This document shows positions 56,041 to 64,000 of a stretch of 64,000 nucleotides of DNA, piece by piece. Source of the DNA: Octopus vulgaris (lineage: Eukaryota); assembly GCA_951406725.2 (NCBI GenBank), contig OX597825.1:19158001-19222000 (forward strand). The letters run 5' to 3'. A program made the translations under genes and the position numbers. Position 1 is the stretch's first letter. Each line of letters begins with the position of its first letter. Under the pieces are notes generated by a model. The model searched no databases. It saw only the letters and a program-made list of their open reading frames with translations, and was not told where the DNA came from.

Positions 56041-56282
56041 TATATGACTCGGGAATGAACTCTACATTTTTTATACACACAGACGCGTGCACACAAACAT
56101 ATGAGTCAAACTTTGATTTTCCGTCAACCAAATCCACTTACACGGTGTTGTAATCAGCAATCGAGGATATAGTATAAGACGTTTACCCGAGGAGCCGTAC
56201 AACTACACCTGTCACTATATAAAAATTATGCACATCTGTATATATCTATATCCATATCTATCTATCTATCTATCTATCTATA

Positions 56283-56349
<67 letters not shown>

Positions 56350-56524
56350 ATATCTATCTATCTATCTATCTATATCTGTATCTATATCTATATATATATA
56401 TATGTGTGTGTGTGTATGTGTGTGTGTGTGTGTTTGTGTGTCTGGGTGGGTGTGCGTGTGACCACGTATGTATTTTTGGCGATTTTCTTTCTCCGTTTTC
56501 CCTCCTTTGGACTTTTTCTATATT

Positions 56525-56552
56525 CTTGATAAAGAGCTGCACTCGAAACGTG
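56525..56552 (+). ncRNA. Degenerate hammerhead motif in a PLE-type fragment
   Basis: ttgataa-agagctgcactc-gaaacgtg; same family as 24560-24760 in opposite orientation. Confidence 0.4.
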
Positions 56553-56649
56553 AAATCCTCTTTTCTTTCCTTTCCTGAGTGTTCAATAACATTGTACTTA
56601 TTTCACGTCCTCGCGTTGTTGTTTTTCTTGCTTGCTCATATTTGGATTG

Positions 56650-56709
<60 letters not shown>

Positions 56710-56736
56710 TATGTATATATATATATATATTCATAT

Positions 56737-57042
56737 ACAATTCATAAATGAAGGAAAGGAAAAAATTTCTAATGCCAAATATGCCGAAAAATTGGACATA
56801 TTGTCCATTAACCTCATTTATTTCTTTTGCCACATGTATCACTGACGAAGGGAGGGCTCCTAGTAGCTAACTCTGAAATCGGTCCGATATGGTAATAATG
56901 GAATTTTTTAGAAATTTCTGTCGACCTTTTTTCGAGTAGCGTACGTATTGTGAAAAGATTATATGGTTAATGGACAATATGTCCAATTTTTCGGCATATT
57001 TGGCATTAGAAATGTTTTCCTTTGCCCTCATTTATGAATTGT
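56737..57042. mobile_element. Inverted-repeat element (~77-bp arms) beside (TA)n, enclosing a hammerhead
   Basis: 56737-56813 vs 56965-57042 inverted, near identical. Confidence 0.85.
56836..56890 (+). ncRNA. Type I hammerhead ribozyme motif
   Basis: gtatca-CTGACGA-ag-ggag...ctct-GAAA-tcgg-TC-cgatat; near-palindromic stem III. Confidence 0.62.
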
Positions 57043-57299
57043 TTATAAATTTAACCGTTAAAGGTATTTTTTAATATGCTGGCCATTGATAAAATTTTTT
57101 TCGAAAAGAATTTTATCCTACATTAGATATATATTCATATAGATATATGTATGTATGTATGTATGTATGTACGTATTTATGTATAGCCAACGAGTTATTA
57201 TTTAGACAAGTAACTGTAATTCATGCAAATTAAGTTTCATTTTTTATTGTTTAATAAAAGAAGACAGCTACTGTCTCTGTATGTTGAGGGTTGAAAGTA

Positions 57300-57950
57300 T
57301 TACTATTTCTCAGATTTCCGCTTCTTAACGGATTTTGAAGTTGTGGAGAAATATTCCCGGTGTTTGAAGTTGAAGATACAAATTTCAGATGCAGGATTTA
57401 TCCATTAACACACTCTCCTCTCGGCTTGTGCATCAAACAATATTCGTGACCTCTTGTTCTGTCATGTAGGAACGCCGTCCAAACTCTTTGATTGCTTCAC
57501 CAAACATTTCAATTAGCATGTCAATACCAAGCCTTTTATTTTCATCTGCTGCACCTTCACTATAATTTTCCATTACCTCTATTATTTTTATCGAAGTTTA
57601 CGACTTATCTGTAACTTCATTGTTAGTACAGACGAGCGCCCTGTTTTATCCATCAGCGTCCATCTCTTTAAAAAACATTCTCTTGTTGTATGCTTGGCAC
57701 TAAACCTTTCTTAACACATTCGACATATTCAAGCATCTCAGTAACAATCCATTCTTTTTTGATACGCCAAACTCTTTAAAATTATTGTCAACGTTTTCAC
57801 CCGGTGAATTCTCATACGGGAAGGCGAACCACAATTTGTGCCTGATATTTTCAAGTGATAATTTATTCATATCGCAAGTAGAACTAAATAACTAACTCAA
57901 TTTTTTTGTGGTGTATTCACACCTTCTATCATAATTTGCTAAAATAAATT
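57300..57950 (-). pseudogene. Possible highly decayed hAT-like transposase fragment
   Basis: Frameshifted pieces GENV / KEFGVSKK / WIVTE / NMS weakly recall the hAT HTGENI...VTDNASNM region. Confidence 0.3.
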
Positions 57951-58021
57951 GGTTACATGCTTTCATAGATCACGCTAATTGTAAGTATTAGGTCTGAAAG
58001 AAAAAAAATGTATATTTTGAT

Positions 58022-58361
58022 GGCGTAGGAGTGGCTGTGTAGTAAGTAGCTTGCTTATCAACCACATGGTTCCGGGTTCAGTCCCACTGCGTGGTACCTT
58101 GGGCAAGTGTCTTTTACTATAGCCTCGGGCCGACCAAAGCCTTGTGAGTGGATTTGGTAGATGGAAGCTGAAAGAAGCCCGTCGTATATATGTATATATA
58201 TGTATGTGTATATGTTTGTGTGGCTGTGCTTTTCCCGCCCAACATCCCTTGACAACCGATGCTGGTGTGTTTACGTCCCCGTAACTTAGCTGTCGAATAA
58301 AGGTGGTGCTCCAGTATGGCCACAGTCAAATGACTGAAACAAGTAAAAGAGTAAAAGAGTA
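58022..58361 (+). mobile_element. SINE family B with small 3' deletion
   Basis: Matches the 51422 copy. Confidence 0.92.
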
Positions 58362-59211
58362 AATATTCTGAAAGAGCTTTGTTTTATGCAAAAATTTGTC
58401 TTGAGGTTAGTAGAAATGTAGAGAACAAGAATTTCTCAAATTTCTGTTTCGGCTTAACTGTGCGTAGAGAGCGGTGGATTTTGCCTCCAGGTATTTTTTT
58501 TAAAACAGTATAACATAACCTCGATTTTAAACCGGTAATATTCTATTTGAAAGTAATATTGCTGAAAAAAGTTTAACGCTTTTAAAGACTTATCACGTTT
58601 ACTTTTTTCTGCTAATGGTAGTTTACATCAGTCTGTATCTGCTGCATTTGAGATCCTTGCCGACAGTGGTATGGCAAAGTATCTTTATCTGAATTTTGCG
58701 GTATTTATTTTCAATAACCATCTAGCTGCAGCTGCGTAGTATCAACATTATGCCAATCGGCCTAATTTATGTAGCATTTCAAGGTTCAAATTTTTTTTTT
58801 CAGTAAGAAATAATACTCATGTACATACAAGTTACCAACTTTTCGTGTTCCAGACCATTATTATCGAGGTTAGCTTGGATACAACTGGCGATGTATCGTA
58901 GCAATCATTTTGAAACATTCACCAACGTAGTGGCATTTACACATTTAGAATTTATCATGGGCCTGTGTTTTTATGTCATAATTGTATCCTGCTCCTTAGC
59001 CATATTCTTGTAAATAGCATTCAGGATATATTGTCATTCGAACAGGATGACAAACACTGTTAGGGAGAACTCGAGTTTCTTATAACAGTCAAATACAAGG
59101 TCTCTCGCAGATTATTTTTCCTTCGGTTCTATAGCATAACTATCAGTAGATAAGTATATATTTTAGATGCTATGTGATTATATATATTGACCTGATAATC
59201 AAATTTCATGT

Positions 59212-59563
59212 GAAGTCGCATGGCTCGGTAGTTAGAGCGTAGATCTTACGGCCGTGAGGTTGTGAGTTCGAATCCCGGACTGGGCTGCGTGTTGTGTTCT
59301 TGAGCAAGACACTTTATTTCACGTTGCTTCAACTCACTCAGCTGTAGAAATGAGTTACAACATCACAGGTGGCCAAACCGTATCGGCCCCTTTGCCTTTC
59401 CCTAGAATAACATCGGTGGCGTGGAAAGAGGAGGCTGGTATGCATGGGTGACTACTGGTCTTTCATCAACAACCTTGCCCGGATTTGTGCCTAGGAGAGT
59501 AACTTTCTAGGTGCAATCCCATGGTAATTCGTGGCCGAAGGGAGCTCCGACTCTGACTCCGAT
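59212..59563 (+). mobile_element. SINE family D, full length with 13-bp TSD
   Basis: A box tggctcggtagtta, B box gagttcgaatcc; TSD tcaaatttcatgt at 59199-59211 and 59564-59576. Confidence 0.9.
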
Positions 59564-60829
59564 TCAAATTTCATGTCTGTCTTGCATAGAAAACGAGAAG
59601 ACCATACCACCACTTCTACATTGTCAAAACTATTCCATCATCCATTGAGCATTCATATCATCATTCATATCATCATGCTCATTTAGTTCTTTTGCAATTA
59701 ATGTCTTTGTAGATAGTTAAATATTTTATCTTTGAAACATCTGAATTATCAACAACTTAGCACATAGCTGTCACAAAGAAATAACACAATCTAATTTCTT
59801 CAAGCCTTCCACCTTTTCATATATTGATATATGCTTCTACACAAGTAAGAAATTGAACCTGCTTTTGAAAGCATAGTGAGGGAAAAGTTTAACGAAGGAA
59901 AGATATGAATTTCATGAATCAAGTCATAAACAAAAGCCAGATAGATAAATAAATAGATATATGTAGGTATATACACTCGTCTGTGTGTGTGTGAGAGAGC
60001 ATGCATGCGTTATTTTTAACACAGAAGATTGCATTTTGAAAATAATTCTTGTTATCATAGTGTTGTATAACTGCATTAAACTTCATCTAAAAATGCCATT
60101 TTGAAAAGCATTCCAACAGTCTAAATACCATTTTCGTCATTCTAGCAACATGTATCAACTACCACAGATGTCTTCGCGAGAAGATTATATTTGTTAGTGA
60201 TGTTCTGAACTAAGTTATCGAATCTTACCTTTCTCTTTAAAAAAAGTATGTCAATATTTGAGGAAAATTTGGCAGATAGCTCAAGCAATTTGTTCAACTG
60301 TGTAGATGGTCCCGCGTTGTTTCGTTACAACTAGAAGAAATCGAATTACCGTATTAAAAATAACAAAAGTTCTTTGTGCCATGAAGTTAGATCAAAGGAT
60401 GTGTGGAGATCACGCTGCTTCTAAACGTGTTGAAATTAATTACAAAAAAAAATTAATAAAATTAGAGGAGTAGTAAAGGAGGAGAAGAAAACATAACAAT
60501 AATTAGAATTATGAATTCGCTGCAGGAATCTGTTGAGTACAGCATAGAGTTAGAGTGATTTCGGCTGTATATGGAAGCATTTTTCATATTTGGAACACCT
60601 GTGAATAGCATACCCAGAGTTCAGCGTTTGAAATTTGTAAGATGTAAATTTTAACGGAAAAAAAATAAAGCACTTGGGTATTTTGAATGGAAATAAACTA
60701 AACACACGCAGAAATGAATTTTTAACTGAGGTGTTGTTAGCAAGAAACACATCAAAGAGGATTCGAAAACTTTTGTTTTCTTTGGAAAACACACATACAT
60801 GGATGCATATATATATACTCCAACGGGTG

Positions 60830-60868
<39 letters not shown>

Positions 60869-61009
60869 TGTTACAAAACCATAAATGTATATTTATATAG
60901 ATATATAGATAAGAAGATAACTAGATAACTGCATACATCAACAGGTTTTGTGTGTGTGCACGCGCGGTTGGGTGCAAGCATGTGTGCGGGCCTGTGCTTG
61001 TGTGTGTGT

Positions 61010-61071
<62 letters not shown>

Positions 61072-61369
61072 TGCGTGCGTGTGTGGGTGTATGATCATGT
61101 GTTTGTGCAGGGAAGTTTGTATGAATAAGAAGTTGCTTCACAGCCACATGGCTTTGTGTTCAAACCCACTGAGTGACACTTTGGAGTTCTACAGGAACTT
61201 TGTGCCGACTAATGCCTTATGATAGAAAATTTACTTGGCAGAAACTGTAGAACAGAGTCTCATACATACACAAACAGACGTATGTAAATATATATTCACA
61301 CATAAATATTTACATACAAAATTGCTCACACACATACACAATAAATAAATATATATATATATATATCAT

Positions 61370-61786
<417 letters not shown>

Positions 61787-61994
61787 ATGTGTGTGTTTCC
61801 GAAACACGCTCTATGTTCGAAAAAAAGCAATTCCAGCCATGCTACGTAAATTATGTACCAAACATAAAAATAAGAAACGAGATCAATATATCGATTAATG
61901 CTCTCCATTGGTTGAAGCGAGTAAATGAATAAAATATGAAAAAAAAAAACGTAAAACAAAATTCATAGGCGTATGCATGCATATATGCATACGA

Positions 61995-62226
61995 TTTCAT
62001 CTCAATCGAAGGAGAGGGGCTTCCTCCGTCCGGGTTGCGGATCCGAGGAATAAGCTGCTAGACGAGATGGTGAAGATGCCGACGACCGCTCGGTTCAAAG
62101 TCTCCCTTGACCTCAAGTGGCCTGAACTCTTTACATGAACACCACCTTGTACATAACTCCATGTCCCCCTACATGGCCTTGTTTTTTGCCTTTTGAGCCA
62201 AAAATTAACTAACTAACTAACTAACA
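61995..62226 (+). mobile_element. CR1-like LINE 3' end with (CTAA)n tail
   Basis: SVRVADPRNKLLDEMVKMPTTARFKVSLD resembles the CR1 ORF2 C-terminus (RV..WN.LP..VV......FK..LD); short UTR; taactaactaac tail. Confidence 0.8.
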
Positions 62227-62294
62227 TATATGAAAACAGACGTACAAGGATACATACATACATATAAGCATAGCGTCTTTCTTCATCTTGGTTC

Positions 62295-62487
62295 CAAGGC
62301 CAGCGATTTAGGGTGAATAAGCTGATTAAATCACGCTTAGTACTCTCAACTGGTAATTATTTTTTACTCCCCGGAAAAGTGAAAGGCAAAGTTCACTTCG
62401 ATCGAATTTGAACTCAAAACGTTAAGATGAACGAAAAGCTACTGAGGATTTTGCACGTTTTGTTGACGGTCCTGCCAGCCCGCTTCC
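62295..62487 (-). mobile_element. SINE family C, diverged
   Basis: gaaaggcaaagt...gaatttgaactcaaaacgt. Confidence 0.7.
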
Positions 62488-62575
62488 TTACTTTCCCAGC
62501 TATTAAAATATAAGAAAATGCAGTGAAGCCGGGCGCATATTCCCTCATGATAAACCTGATATATACAGGAATATT

Positions 62576-62677
<102 letters not shown>

Positions 62678-64000
62678 CAGAGAGACAGAGAGAGAGAGAG
62701 AGGGAGGATAAGTGAGAGAGAGAGATACGAAACAGCAATGGAATTTAGTTAGAATAGATATTCATATTTGGTAGGTAAATTATTGACGAAGCAAAGAATA
62801 TGGATGGAAAATTGCCTGTCTGTCACCTAATGTCACAATACCTCTTAATCGACGAGAATATTGCGTATGATGTTTCGCTAAGTAAAGCTTAAGTGACAAA
62901 GAATACTTCAGAAGACTTTGGAATATATGGATACCTGAGCTGTCTGCATTCAACAATTCTATATTCCACAACGTTTTTTTTTTTAAATTCCAGTTCTAGT
63001 ACCAACGCCTGTGATATTTAATTGAACACTTAAAGATATCCGAAAAATGCGCATCAGGACTAGGTCACAGACAATGACTGCTAACCTTCCTCATTAGTAG
63101 TTAAAATTAGGGACAGGCGCAAACGCATAAGTTCAATTCAAACGGTTTTGAATACTGCATCGTATCACTTAGACAATACCTGTTGTACAGAAAGAGAGAA
63201 ATTAGTGCATCACGTGCATACTCATTAGTGAAGGTAATTACACAATGAGATTAGGTGAAGAATTCTTGAAATGCTACTCCGTGTGTTATCAGTACAACTT
63301 TTCTATGTGAACGAAGTGTAGCTGTACTAACTTTAACAAAAATGGAAGAGAATTATGGAGGAGAATATGCCAGCATAGCACATAGCAAGAATAGAAGCCT
63401 CTCCTGCTTCTGTGATAAATATACCATTTCTCATCTAGACGGCTGTATACTTATTATCTAAGGACAGGTGATTTTTTTTAAATATCAGAACAACAAGAGA
63501 GATAAGAAAGCGTCTGAATATCTACGTTGTTATTGAAAATGTTGATTATACAATGCTAGCTTGGTAGATATCTCCCTTAACATCAGCAGTTGGCATAAAA
63601 CAAACAAACGTACATCCGCAATCTTGTTGCTATCCGAATGTAGAAGCGAAGTTCTGAATTCATAATAAAAAAGTGACATCTTTAAACATAAGACGCACCT
63701 TAAAATGCCCATTATACAGCATTTGTAAGGGGGACGTTGCACATTATATCAGCATTCTTGTAGTACTATGGATCTGGATTGTAAATAGCAAATTAGCAAT
63801 GTAATAAATTGTCTTAGATGTGGAACGAGTATTGTGAAAAAGCATTTCCTAGCATATATCATCAAATAGCATCTAAAATATATACCTATCTACTGATAGT
63901 TATGCTATAGAACCAAAGGAAAAATAATCTACTAGAGACCTTGTATTTGACTGTTGTAAAAAACTCGAGTTCTACCTAACCGTGTTTGTCATCCTGTTCG

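Overview
This is AT-rich, microsatellite-saturated eukaryotic DNA. The repeat families suggest a cephalopod, most likely Octopus (inference). I can support no intact host protein-coding gene; almost all listed ORFs are microsatellite or SINE translations. The window is a transposon graveyard. It holds four families of tRNA-derived SINEs (over 30 copies), RTE, CR1 and R4/Dong-like LINE remnants, at least five Helitron pieces (two with RepHel/helicase remnants), two Tc1/mariner remnants and a hAT-type MITE end. It also holds many Penelope-like (PLE) fragments, most of them sitting in (TA)n tracts. The most notable signals are: (i) about six minimal type I hammerhead ribozyme motifs with palindromic stem III, three with a CCGA instead of CUGA core, two nested within inverted-repeat elements; (ii) recurrent fold-back palindromes in or around (TA)n; (iii) a (TAA)n hotspot with stacked R4/Dong-like insertions and a TSD-flanked non-coding element; (iv) one SINE head joined to four different tails. 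Coordinates were counted by eye, so repeat boundaries are approximate.
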